DNA of 64,000 bases. Source: Alphaproteobacteria bacterium. Lineage in GTDB: Bacteria; Pseudomonadota; Alphaproteobacteria; UBA11222. Made by a program: the position numbers and the translations under genes. The stretch's first letter is position 1. Each line of letters opens with the position of its first letter. The stretch is taken from positions 14,403 through 78,402 of the forward strand of contig JBBQCS010000005.1 in assembly GCA_038318895.1 (NCBI GenBank). The letters are read 5' to 3'. Positions 28,768 to 37,600 of the stretch are shown here, piece by piece. The notes beneath the pieces are model-generated. The model was given only the letters and a program-made list of their open reading frames with translations, did no database searches and was not told the DNA's origin.

Positions 28768-30147
28768 TTGTTATCATTGTTCGCGCGCGCCGGAGAAATG
28801 CAAGGCATTCCAGTCTGGCCGGTGACCAAAGCCGGGCTTGAAAACTGGCTGGCGGAGCAACCGGCAAACGTAGCCGCCTGGGCGCAGGCCAACCAGTTCA
28901 AGGCGCAGGCAGGACGCATACTGAAAATTCCCGCAGTTGATGGAGGACTTGCAGCCGTCGCCTTTGGTCTGGGGGATGGTGACGATGCGCTGATCTGGCG
29001 CGCACTGCCGGATGGTCTGAACCCCGGCACGTATCAGATTGAAGGGGCCCTTCCCGCGGGGGCCGGTCAGCATGCAGCACTTGGCTGGGCGCTTGGTTCT
29101 TATCGATTTGAGCGCTACAAGAAGGAACCGAATACCAGTGAACGGCCCTGTCTGGTGCTGCCTGAGGGGGTGGATGGTGTTGAAGTAAGCCGCGTAGCGC
29201 GCGGTGTATTCTTCGCGCGCGATCTGATCAATACCCCCGCCAACGATATGGGGCCGCAGGAATTAACCGACGCGGCGCAAAAGATGGCAGCCGCGCAAGG
29301 CGCGACGCTGAAGGTTTTGACCGGCCAGGAATTGCTGACCCACAATTACCCGATGATCCATGCGGTCGGCAGATCCAGCACCCGGCCGCCGCGCCTGCTG
29401 GATCTGCACTGGGGCGATGCGGATGCGCCAAAGGTGACGCTGGTGGGCAAGGGCGTGGTGTTTGACAGCGGCGGGCTGGACCTCAAGCCCAGCTCCGGCA
29501 TGCGGTTGATGAAAAAGGATATGGGGGGCGCGGCCAATGTGCTGGGCCTTGCCCACATGATCATGGATGCGGGCATGAAGCTGCGCCTGCGGGTGCTGAT
29601 CCCCATCGCGGAAAACGCCGTGTCCGGCGACAGCTTCCGCCCCGGCGACGTTCTGACCAGCCGCAAAGGCCTGACGGTGGAGATTGGCAATACGGACGCC
29701 GAAGGCCGCCTGATCCTTGCGGACGCGCTGGCCGAAGCCGAAACCGAACAGCCGGAACTGCTGTTTGATCTCGCCACGCTGACCGGTGCGGCCCGCACCG
29801 CGCTGGGGGGTGAAATTCCCCCTTTTTTCACGGCCGATGACGCATTGGCCGATCAGCTCTCCGCCTATGCGCAATCCCAGGCCGATCCGCTGTGGCGGCT
29901 GCCGCTGTGGAAACCCTATGGCAAGGGGCTGGAAAGCGGCATCGCCGATCTTAACAATGTGACCGAAGGCGGGATGGCGGGCGCGATCACGGCGGCGCTG
30001 TTCCTGCAGCATTTTACCGGCGGGGCAAAGGCCTGGGCGCATTTCGATATCTATGGCTGGAATGCAAAATCCGGCCCCGGTCATGCAGTGGGCGGCGAGG
30101 CAATGGCGATCCGCGCGCTATATGCCCTGTTGCGCGATCGTTTCTGA
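28768..30147 (+). CDS. M17 leucyl aminopeptidase (PepB-like)
   Basis: GKGVVFDSGG, MKKDMGGAA, NTDAEGRL. Confidence 0.93.
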   Translation: MLSLFARAGEMQGIPVWPVTKAGLENWLAEQPANVAAWAQANQFKAQAGRILKIPAVDGGLAAVAFGLGDGDDALIWRALPDGLNPGTYQIEGALPAGAGQHAALGWALGSYRFERYKKEPNTSERPCLVLPEGVDGVEVSRVARGVFFARDLINTPANDMGPQELTDAAQKMAAAQGATLKVLTGQELLTHNYPMIHAVGRSSTRPPRLLDLHWGDADAPKVTLVGKGVVFDSGGLDLKPSSGMRLMKKDMGGAANVLGLAHMIMDAGMKLRLRVLIPIAENAVSGDSFRPGDVLTSRKGLTVEIGNTDAEGRLILADALAEAETEQPELLFDLATLTGAARTALGGEIPPFFTADDALADQLSAYAQSQADPLWRLPLWKPYGKGLESGIADLNNVTEGGMAGAITAALFLQHFTGGAKAWAHFDIYGWNAKSGPGHAVGGEAMAIRALYALLRDRF

Positions 30148-30197
30148 TCGGGAATAATCCCTGTCAACGAATGCTTGGATAAGCTCAGGGGGGAAAA

Positions 30198-30542
30198 ATG
30201 GGCGTTGAGTTTTCCATGAACCAGGCGCTGGATTTGTGGCGCAATACGCTGATTGATTCCGTGCGCGCCGATGGACCGGACCTCAGCGCACGGCAAATGG
30301 CGATCTTGCTGATCATCTACGGCGAAACGCCGCCACATACGGTGCGCGGACTGGCGGCGCAGTTGAACATTTCCAAACCCGCCGTCACCCGCGCGCTGGA
30401 CACCATGGGACGGCTGGATTTCACCCGCCGCAAACGCGATGAAACCGACCGGCGCAATGTGCTGGTGCAGCGTACCGTCAAGGGCGCGGTATTTTTAAGT
30501 GAATTTTCCGATCTTATCAGAGCGCGGGCGGTCGCATTATGA
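30198..30542 (+). CDS. MarR family transcriptional regulator
   Basis: TVRGLAAQLNISKPAVTRALD, DRRNVLV. Confidence 0.88.
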   Translation: MGVEFSMNQALDLWRNTLIDSVRADGPDLSARQMAILLIIYGETPPHTVRGLAAQLNISKPAVTRALDTMGRLDFTRRKRDETDRRNVLVQRTVKGAVFLSEFSDLIRARAVAL

Positions 30543-31315
30543 GCGCCCCTGCAAATCAGATCATGCGTGTCATTACGGGCTCAGCCGCGGTGCGCCGCAC
30601 GCCCGCTGATGACGCCCCTCTGGATACGCAGATGCTGTTCGGCGAAGTGTTTTCCATCGAGGAGCAAAAAGACGGCTGGGCACAGGGGTCTGCAGTGCTG
30701 GATCGCTATCCGGGCTATGTGCGGTTGGATATGCTGGGGCCGCTTGGGCCGTTGCCGACGCATCGGGTCAGGGTGCCGCGTACCTTTGTGTATCGTGATC
30801 CGGATTTGAAATCCTCGCCGCTGCTGTGGCTCAGCATGAATGCAAAGTTGGCGTTAACTGCGCATTCGGGTGGTTTCAGTCTTATTGAAGATCTGGGGTG
30901 GATATATTCCGCGCATGCGGCGCCAATTGGTATGTTTACGGAAGATTTTGTCTCGGCGGCGGAGGACTTTCTTGGCACGCCCTATTTGTGGGGTGGGCGT
31001 GATGGTCTGGGCCTGGATTGTTCCGGCCTGCTGCAGATCGCTATGCAATCCGCTGGCCGGGAATGCCCTCGCGATACGTATCAGCAGGTGGATTTGGGCG
31101 CAGCGCTTCCTGTTGACATGTGGGCGCTGCGACGCGGTGACCTGATCTTCTGGAAAGGCCATGTGGGTATAATGCGTAACGCGGACACGCTGCTGCACGC
31201 CAACGCCTATCATATGCAGGTGACACGTGAACCGCTGGCGGACGCGGTCGCGCGTATTGCGCAGTCGCACGGTCAGATTACCGGCATCCGCCGATTGCCT
31301 AAACCTGGCGTCTAG
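30539..31315 (+). CDS. NlpC/P60 (C40) peptidoglycan endopeptidase with SH3-like N-terminus
   Basis: PYLWGG, GLDCSG, GDLIFWKGHVG. Confidence 0.9.
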   Translation: MSAPANQIMRVITGSAAVRRTPADDAPLDTQMLFGEVFSIEEQKDGWAQGSAVLDRYPGYVRLDMLGPLGPLPTHRVRVPRTFVYRDPDLKSSPLLWLSMNAKLALTAHSGGFSLIEDLGWIYSAHAAPIGMFTEDFVSAAEDFLGTPYLWGGRDGLGLDCSGLLQIAMQSAGRECPRDTYQQVDLGAALPVDMWALRRGDLIFWKGHVGIMRNADTLLHANAYHMQVTREPLADAVARIAQSHGQITGIRRLPKPGV

Positions 31316-31405
31316 CCGGTTTATATGGCTTTAACCTCTATCATACACACGCATTATTGGGAAAATGGTCTATAACGCCGCATTTATCAGCCCTGGACGA
31401 ATGAG

Positions 31406-32398
31406 ATGAACCCGTACCGCTTTTGTGTTGCGCCGATGATGGACTGGACGGACCGGTTTGACCGGTACTTTCTGCGCCTGCTGTCGCGTCACGCGCGGCT
31501 GTACACGGAAATGCTGACGGCCAACGCCGTGCTGCATGGCGACCGGGTCCGGCTGCTGGGCTTTGATGCGGCGGAACATCCGGTAGCGCTGCAGCTTGGC
31601 GGCAGTGATCCGGCGGCGTTGGCCGAGGCCGCAAAAATTGGGGCGGATTTTGGCTATGATGAGATCGATCTGAATGTCGGCTGCCCCAGTGACCGGGTGC
31701 AGTCCGGGCGCTTCGGGGCCTGTCTGATGGCGGAACCAGAACTGGTCGCGCGCTGTGTGGACGCCATAAGCAAAGCCGTGCCGCATCTGCCGGCGACGGT
31801 GAAATGCCGTATCGGCGTTGACAGACAATCGCCAGAAGAAATTTTGCCACGTTTTATCGCCACAGTGCGCGACGCAGGGTGCGAAGTGTTTATCATTCAT
31901 GCGCGCATGGCGTGGCTGGACGGCCTGAGCCCGAAACAGAACCGTGACGTGCCGCCGCTGGATTACAGCCTTGCGCATCGCATGAAGGCGGAATTTCCGG
32001 CGCTTACCGTTGTCCTGAATGGTGGACTGCATTCACTGGACGATGCGCTGCCGCATCTGGACTGTATGGACGGGGTAATGCTGGGCCGCGCGGCGTATCA
32101 CAATCCGTATCTGTTGGCGGATGTGGATAGCCGATTGTTCGGCGATAGGGTCCCGCCACCATCGCGGGTGCAGGTCATCGAACGTCTGTTGCCATGGGCG
32201 GAGGAGCAGGTGGGGCAGGGCGTACCGTTGCACTGTATCACGCGCCACATCATTGGCTTGTTTCAAGGGCAGCCTGGCGCAAAATCCTGGCGGCGTTATC
32301 TGAGCGAGAACGCACACAAAAGCAATGCGGGCATTGAGATTATTCGTGATGCACTGGCGTGCGTAGTCGACTCTGATCTGGCGCGGGCGGCAGCCTAG
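31406..32398 (+). CDS. dusA: tRNA dihydrouridine(20/20a) synthase DusA
   Basis: VAPMMDWTDR, LNVGCPSDRVQSG, VKCRIG. Confidence 0.95.
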   Translation: MNPYRFCVAPMMDWTDRFDRYFLRLLSRHARLYTEMLTANAVLHGDRVRLLGFDAAEHPVALQLGGSDPAALAEAAKIGADFGYDEIDLNVGCPSDRVQSGRFGACLMAEPELVARCVDAISKAVPHLPATVKCRIGVDRQSPEEILPRFIATVRDAGCEVFIIHARMAWLDGLSPKQNRDVPPLDYSLAHRMKAEFPALTVVLNGGLHSLDDALPHLDCMDGVMLGRAAYHNPYLLADVDSRLFGDRVPPPSRVQVIERLLPWAEEQVGQGVPLHCITRHIIGLFQGQPGAKSWRRYLSENAHKSNAGIEIIRDALACVVDSDLARAAA

Positions 32399-33232
32399 GT
32401 GGATTTTCTCGCAGGATATACCATTGTGCAATTGGCATTGCTTATCGCAGGGCTGGCGCTGACGGGTGTCGTTGCGGGAATACTGGCGGGGCTGCTCGGG
32501 GTTGGCGGTGGCATTGTCATTGTGCCGGTGCTGTATCACGTGTTTTCCGGTCTTGGCATTGACGAAGCCGTGCGCATGCATCTGGCGGTTGGCACATCGC
32601 TGGCCACAATCGTTGCAACCTCGATGCGGTCCATCCGTGCGCACCAGCAAAAAGGTGCGGTGGATACGATTTTGCTCAAACAACTCGCCCCGCCCATTAT
32701 CGCAGGCGTGCTCGGCGGATCGCTGATTGCGGGCGTCGTCGGTGGCGGTGCGCTGATGGCGGTGTTTGCATCTGTGGCGATGATCGTGGCAGTCCATATG
32801 GCGTTCGGACGTGAAGAATGGCGCATCGCCGATCATTTTCCCACTGGCGTCACCCGCGCGGTAATCGGCGGTGTCGTAGGTTCAATAAGCGTGCTGATGG
32901 GAATTGGCGGCGGCACATTGGGGGTGCCAATTCTCAGTCTTTATAATATTCCCATTCATCGCGCGGTTGGCACTGCGGCGGGCTTCGGGCTGATTATCGC
33001 CGTGCCTGGAACGCTCGCCATGATGGCCAGTGGCTGGGGCGCACCCGGCCTGCCGCCATTCTCGCTGGGTTATGTCAATCTGATCGGCTTTGCGCTGATT
33101 GTGCCCACCACAATTCTTGCCGCGCCCTGGGGCGCCAGCATTGCCCATGCCATCAGCCGCCCGGCCTTACGCCGTGCATTCGCGGTTTTTTTGGCGCTTA
33201 CCAGCCTGCGAATGATACTCGACCTGATGTGA
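32399..33232 (+). CDS. Sulfite exporter TauE/SafE family protein
   Basis: GLLGVGGGIVIVP, AVGTSLA, GIGGG, AVGTAA. Confidence 0.9.
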   Translation: MDFLAGYTIVQLALLIAGLALTGVVAGILAGLLGVGGGIVIVPVLYHVFSGLGIDEAVRMHLAVGTSLATIVATSMRSIRAHQQKGAVDTILLKQLAPPIIAGVLGGSLIAGVVGGGALMAVFASVAMIVAVHMAFGREEWRIADHFPTGVTRAVIGGVVGSISVLMGIGGGTLGVPILSLYNIPIHRAVGTAAGFGLIIAVPGTLAMMASGWGAPGLPPFSLGYVNLIGFALIVPTTILAAPWGASIAHAISRPALRRAFAVFLALTSLRMILDLM

Positions 33233-33287
33233 TTAAATAGCCTTTTTTGTGTACGGAAATGCTTGCGTGTGCATTCGTTTTCTGTCC

Positions 33288-33306
33288 ATAATTATGATCA
33301 TAGATT
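33288..33306 (+). promoter_or_regulatory. Shared -10/operator motif, copy 1
   Basis: ATAATTATGATCATAGATT, 30 bp before the amidohydrolase ATG. Confidence 0.7.
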
Positions 33307-33336
33307 GCGAATTGCCCAGCAACGGAGGGACACGTC

Positions 33337-34506
33337 ATGAAAGCTTTGATCGGGCCAGGCGCCATTTCGGCGGACAGTCACATTGTCGAACCGCCAAATT
33401 GCTATATTGATTATATCGATCCAAAATATCGTGATGTCGCGCCCCGCGTCGAAACGGGTGAAAACGGCCAGGACATTTACGTTATCAAAGATATGAAGAA
33501 AACTGTGCCCATGGGCTTTCTGGCCGGCGCAGGCATGACGCCGAATGACCGCGCGCAGTTCGCCGCGACGACAAAGTTTGATGGCATTCGCCCTGCTTCC
33601 TGGGATCCCAAGGCGCGCGCCGCAGACCAGGACCAGGACGGCATCGCCGCCGAGATCATTTATGCGTCCATTGGCATGATTTTGTGCACTCACCCGGATG
33701 CGGAATACAAGAACGCCTGCATGCAGGCCTATAACCGCTGGCTACAGGAGTTTTGCGGCGGTTTGCCGAACCGTCTGTTTGGCCTGGCGCAAACGGCCGT
33801 ACTGTCAGTTGACAGCGCGATCGAGGATTTCCGCCGCGCCAAGGAAATGGGCTTTGTCGGCATGATGATGCCTGGTAACCCGATCCAGGGTGATTACGAC
33901 AAGCCGGAATATGACGCTCTGTGGGAATGTGCTGTGGATCTGGATTTGCCGCTGGCCTTTCACATTCTGACGTCTAATGAAGGCAGCATCGAATCCGTGC
34001 TGGCTCCCAAGCGCGGTCATCCGCTGGGCGGATTTTTGAACATCATCCGCGCGGTGCAGGATGTTGTGTGCCTGTTTACACTGACCGGCATTTTCGAGCG
34101 GCACCCGAAACTGAAACTGGTCTGCGCCGAAGGCGATGCGGGCTGGATGCCGCATTACATGTACCGCATGGATCACGCGGCCACGTTCAATCTGCAGGGC
34201 GGGATCATTCCCGGCCTTTCCAAACTGCCGAGTGAATATTTGCGCAACAACGTGTGGATGACTTTCCAGGATGACTGGATCGCGTTCCAGACGTCCCATC
34301 TGATGAACCACAAGCGGCTGATCTGGGCGAATGATTTTCCGCATACGGATTCAACCTGGCCGACGTCGCAGGCGCTGCTGGCCAAGCATGGGGGTGGCCT
34401 GACCGAGGCACAGCGTCAGGACATTTTCCGTAACAATGTGGCGGAACTGTTCAATCTGCCCGCAGGCAATGAATCGTGGCAGATGCAAAAACTGGCGGCG
34501 GAATAG
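33337..34506 (+). CDS. Amidohydrolase family protein (paralog A)
   Basis: ISADSHIVEPP, FHI, EGDAGW, WANDFPH. Confidence 0.9.
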   Translation: MKALIGPGAISADSHIVEPPNCYIDYIDPKYRDVAPRVETGENGQDIYVIKDMKKTVPMGFLAGAGMTPNDRAQFAATTKFDGIRPASWDPKARAADQDQDGIAAEIIYASIGMILCTHPDAEYKNACMQAYNRWLQEFCGGLPNRLFGLAQTAVLSVDSAIEDFRRAKEMGFVGMMMPGNPIQGDYDKPEYDALWECAVDLDLPLAFHILTSNEGSIESVLAPKRGHPLGGFLNIIRAVQDVVCLFTLTGIFERHPKLKLVCAEGDAGWMPHYMYRMDHAATFNLQGGIIPGLSKLPSEYLRNNVWMTFQDDWIAFQTSHLMNHKRLIWANDFPHTDSTWPTSQALLAKHGGGLTEAQRQDIFRNNVAELFNLPAGNESWQMQKLAAE

Positions 34507-34527
34507 TCCTCAAATACCGTGTCCGGA

Positions 34528-35160
34528 CTATTTTGGTCCGGATGCACCCGTTTCGGGCGTCAGCGGCAATAGCCGGTAGAGGGTTTCCTGTTCCGGCAGC
34601 CCTGTCGCTTTCAGGCCATTCTTTTTCTGAAATGCGATAAGCGCCTTGTTCAACGCTTTTCCGTAATTACCGTCAATGGGACCCGTATAAAACCCCTGTT
34701 CCGCTAGGCTTTTCTGTGCGTCCCGTAACGTTTCGCGATAGACGGGAACCCCTTTCGCCGCGCTGCCCGCTATAAGCTTGTCCGAGCGTTCTGTCAGACG
34801 GGTCGGGTGCAACGCATTAAGCATATTATTTACGGCGATTTCAAAGCGGTCTTCAGGATAAGTTTCGCAATAACGCGCCAGCAGCACCAGCAGCAGATCT
34901 GTAGTTTGCCAGGGGGTCAGATCATATGTATCCGGGCGAGTTTGATTGGCGGCGCTGACATAGCCATCCACCCACCCCGCGAACAGGCCGGCTGCGCGTT
35001 CATCGGCGGCCCGGCGTGATTCAGTAAAGGCTTTGCATGGCGCACCACCGCCGCCGTCGATGGCATAAGCGCCTTTTTTGTCTGCCGCGAACGCACTGGG
35101 CGTCCCTATGAGCAGGCTAATGGCGCCAATCAGGCCACAGATTTTCCGGTTGAAATTCAT
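34528..35160 (-). CDS. Secreted protein with HdeA/Rap1a-like helical domain and C-terminal peptidoglycan-binding domain
   Basis: Signal peptide AFA|A; C...WVDGY...YC pattern; AQKSLAEQGFYTGPIDGNYG...AFQKKNGL..TG (PG_binding_1); ATG 35160. Confidence 0.75.
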   Translation of the reverse strand: MNFNRKICGLIGAISLLIGTPSAFAADKKGAYAIDGGGGAPCKAFTESRRAADERAAGLFAGWVDGYVSAANQTRPDTYDLTPWQTTDLLLVLLARYCETYPEDRFEIAVNNMLNALHPTRLTERSDKLIAGSAAKGVPVYRETLRDAQKSLAEQGFYTGPIDGNYGKALNKALIAFQKKNGLKATGLPEQETLYRLLPLTPETGASGPK

Positions 35161-35181
35161 GCTTACATCTAAAAAATTAGA

Positions 35182-35209
35182 GACCGGCGCTGAATATACA
35201 GCGCCGGTC
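35182..35209 (-). terminator. Intrinsic terminator of the PEP-CTERM gene
   Basis: GACCGGCGCTG-AATATA-CAGCGCCGGTC followed by a T-run on the minus strand. Confidence 0.75.
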
Positions 35210-35231
35210 GTCTGATGAGTAGTTTTTAAGT

Positions 35232-36656
35232 TCAGGCCGCCAAAGCTAACGGCCGGTTTGTCCGCCGCATCCGCACAACCCATGCCATCCCTGCGCCAAG
35301 CAGGAACAGGGTTCCCGGTTCGGGCACCGAGGCGCCGCCTGGAACAGACAGGATCGCCGTCATCAAGAGCGACGTTGGACTGCCCGAGAAGTCGAGGAAG
35401 GTCGGGAACGCCGTGGCGAAGCCAGGGTCTGCGACATCCAGCAACGGAGATATCCCCCGCAGTTCAAAGGTCGTGACATCAGCAAGCGGATCGAAGAAGT
35501 AGGATCCGCCCGGCAGGATAGACGCAACCGTGATACCGCCAACAATAATATCGAACGGCCCGGTAAAGCCAACTGTCGGCGCCATCACTTCGAGAAACTC
35601 TCCACCGCCGACCAGGGTATAGGTAAAGCCTTCCGCGAAGGGCGGATCATACCACAAACGCGGGCGCGGGGCCGGGAACTCAAACTCGCCCGGCGCAGGT
35701 ACGAACGGCAACACCGGGTTGGCCTCGGTTTCACCCGGCGCAACACCACCAACGCCGCCAAAGGCAAAGATAAAGGTTGCCGGTGTGCCGTCCATGGATC
35801 CGCCGGGGGCGCTGTTTTGCCCCAATGAATACAGATTGACACCAAGTGCGCCCAGTGCGCCCAGCGCGCTGGCCTCACTTTCACGCGAACCATAGAAAAT
35901 GTTGAAGGTGCGGCTTTCCCCGGCGGCAAGATTACCAAAGGAAAAATCAAACACCGAGCCATGATCCGCAGGGCCAAGGTCGATAAAATCTGTATTTACC
36001 GAGGACGCAAGGATAGAGCCTGCTGCGGATAGCGGGTTGCCGCTGGCGAAGCCATTATCGCTGGCAAACAGCACATTGCCGCCATTGCCAACCAGATTGG
36101 CCACCACGCCCTGATGGGTGACGAATTCATTGAATTCGGTCGGCGGCACATCCCAGTCCATCACCCGGCGGTAAACGATATTTTCGGCGGTCTGGTCACC
36201 GGCATTCCTGATGGTGACATTTACCTGGAAAATATCGGCCTGTAAGGACGGGCCAAAGAGATGATCCACCTGGATCGGTGCGCCCGACAGGCTGATGCTG
36301 GAGCTTGCCGTGTTGGCTGTTGACCCGAAAGTGCCGCCGGTTAATCCGCCAAAACCAAGGGATCGGTTGGCAAAGCCGGAAGTAGTAACCGCGTCATAGG
36401 TGGTTGACACCCCCCAGCCTTCGCATGGGCAACCCGGCGAAATGGCGTCGCCCAGCGGATGGCGGTAAACGCCATATTCCAGAAACCCGCCTGGACCGTT
36501 ACCAGAGAAATTCAACTCGGCGGAATCATTCACCCCCAGCGACGTCGCGCCATGGGTAATCACCGCCCCCGCAAGGGCTTGCCCGCCGCCCAGAAAAAGT
36601 GCCAACGGTGCGCTTGCAACCGCGGCGTATATAAGTTTTCTTAAACCAACAGCCAT
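35232..36656 (-). CDS. PEP-CTERM sorting domain protein
   Basis: Signal peptide; C-terminal VPEPGTLFLLGAG + TM + RMRR; NPVLP/WYDPP subdomain. Confidence 0.88.
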   Translation of the reverse strand: MAVGLRKLIYAAVASAPLALFLGGGQALAGAVITHGATSLGVNDSAELNFSGNGPGGFLEYGVYRHPLGDAISPGCPCEGWGVSTTYDAVTTSGFANRSLGFGGLTGGTFGSTANTASSSISLSGAPIQVDHLFGPSLQADIFQVNVTIRNAGDQTAENIVYRRVMDWDVPPTEFNEFVTHQGVVANLVGNGGNVLFASDNGFASGNPLSAAGSILASSVNTDFIDLGPADHGSVFDFSFGNLAAGESRTFNIFYGSRESEASALGALGALGVNLYSLGQNSAPGGSMDGTPATFIFAFGGVGGVAPGETEANPVLPFVPAPGEFEFPAPRPRLWYDPPFAEGFTYTLVGGGEFLEVMAPTVGFTGPFDIIVGGITVASILPGGSYFFDPLADVTTFELRGISPLLDVADPGFATAFPTFLDFSGSPTSLLMTAILSVPGGASVPEPGTLFLLGAGMAWVVRMRRTNRPLALAA

Positions 36657-36706
36657 CTGACATCTCCTTTATGTATTGTATTGGTGTTTTTAACTCTCTC
36701 TGGCGT

Positions 36707-36725
36707 CAGAGGAAAATTTCCTCTG
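36707..36725. promoter_or_regulatory. Inverted repeat upstream of the PEP-CTERM gene
   Basis: CAGAGGAAA-A-TTTCCTCTG, perfect 9-bp arms. Confidence 0.5.
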
Positions 36726-36806
36726 GCCCCCTCTTCTTACCAGCCAACCCCCTAAAAGCATTGCCCTATCCGGCCCCTTCAGCCCGAAAGCCGTGTAAGC
36801 TCTACG

Positions 36807-36977
36807 TTAATTATTTGTAAATTCTTGACTATTCGGCATGGGTAGCCTTTGATCGTGATCAATTAAGGCTGCATTTTTTCTGCTTGCAGGCTGCCGAAGG
36901 CTTGCCCGCCGCCTAAAGATTGCTATTGGCGCTAACGCCGCCGTAGCTGAAAGTCGTTTTCCTAAAAATGAAGTCAT
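36807..36977 (-). pseudogene. Frameshifted remnant of a paralogous PEP-CTERM gene 5' end (signal peptide)
   Basis: Codon-colinear with the first 29 codons of 35232..36656; shares exact GGCGGCGGGCAAGCC; 2-nt deletion. Confidence 0.7.
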
Positions 36978-37203
36978 TTTGCACCTTCTGTTGACGCGAT
37001 CTCTTGCGATCTCTCACACACTCTCTGAAGGCCTTACCCCGTCCGTCATTTTAGTGAACGCGACGGCAACAGTACCCTGGCAGGGGACGCGGCGATTATG
37101 GATGGTGGAGGAAGGGGAGGGGAAACTGTCCTTAGCCTGCCGTGTCACATCAACCGAAAAGCCGCTTCTTTAGCGTCATGTGTTTTTTTGCCTCATGTCG
37201 CCG

Positions 37204-37218
37204 TTAATTTCTTATTAA
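37204..37218. promoter_or_regulatory. CtrA box
   Basis: TTAA-TTTCTTA-TTAA; on the minus strand TTAA-N7-TTAAC, full consensus. Confidence 0.6.
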
Positions 37219-37244
37219 GTATAACCAACAAAAATTTTGTGTAA

Positions 37245-37260
37245 TGTGACGCGCGTCACA
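37245..37260. promoter_or_regulatory. CRP/FNR-family (CRP/Clr-type) site
   Basis: Perfect palindrome TGTGA-CGCGCG-TCACA (TGTGA-N6-TCACA). Confidence 0.65.
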
Positions 37261-37600
37261 CACTCTGCAAATATTGCGAAGAAAATGGTAAACCAGCCAA
37301 ATAGGCTATTTGCGCACTTGAAACGTCCGTGTGGACGTCAGTGCAGAGAGCAAGCTCCATTGAACCGCTTTTATTTCGGAGCCTTTGCCAGCGAAGCGTG
37401 ATAATCCACCAGCCTTTGCCAGAAGGCTACTGCTGACAAAGGAGTCATAAGCGAAGGCCGTGCCATGTAGTTTTGGACAGGCCGCACAAGCGCTACCGGT
37501 TGCCACCCCCCATTGCCCTCGGCTATGGGGACAGCGCAAATCCGCTACGCGGCTCGCCATGACGGATGTGGGAATTTCCCATTCCCGTGAAACTGATCGG

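Noticed and set aside
36657-37600. Riboswitch (c-di-GMP, glycine, cobalamin) in the long intergenic region
   Set aside because: Consensus elements were not found by eye; an Rfam search would be needed
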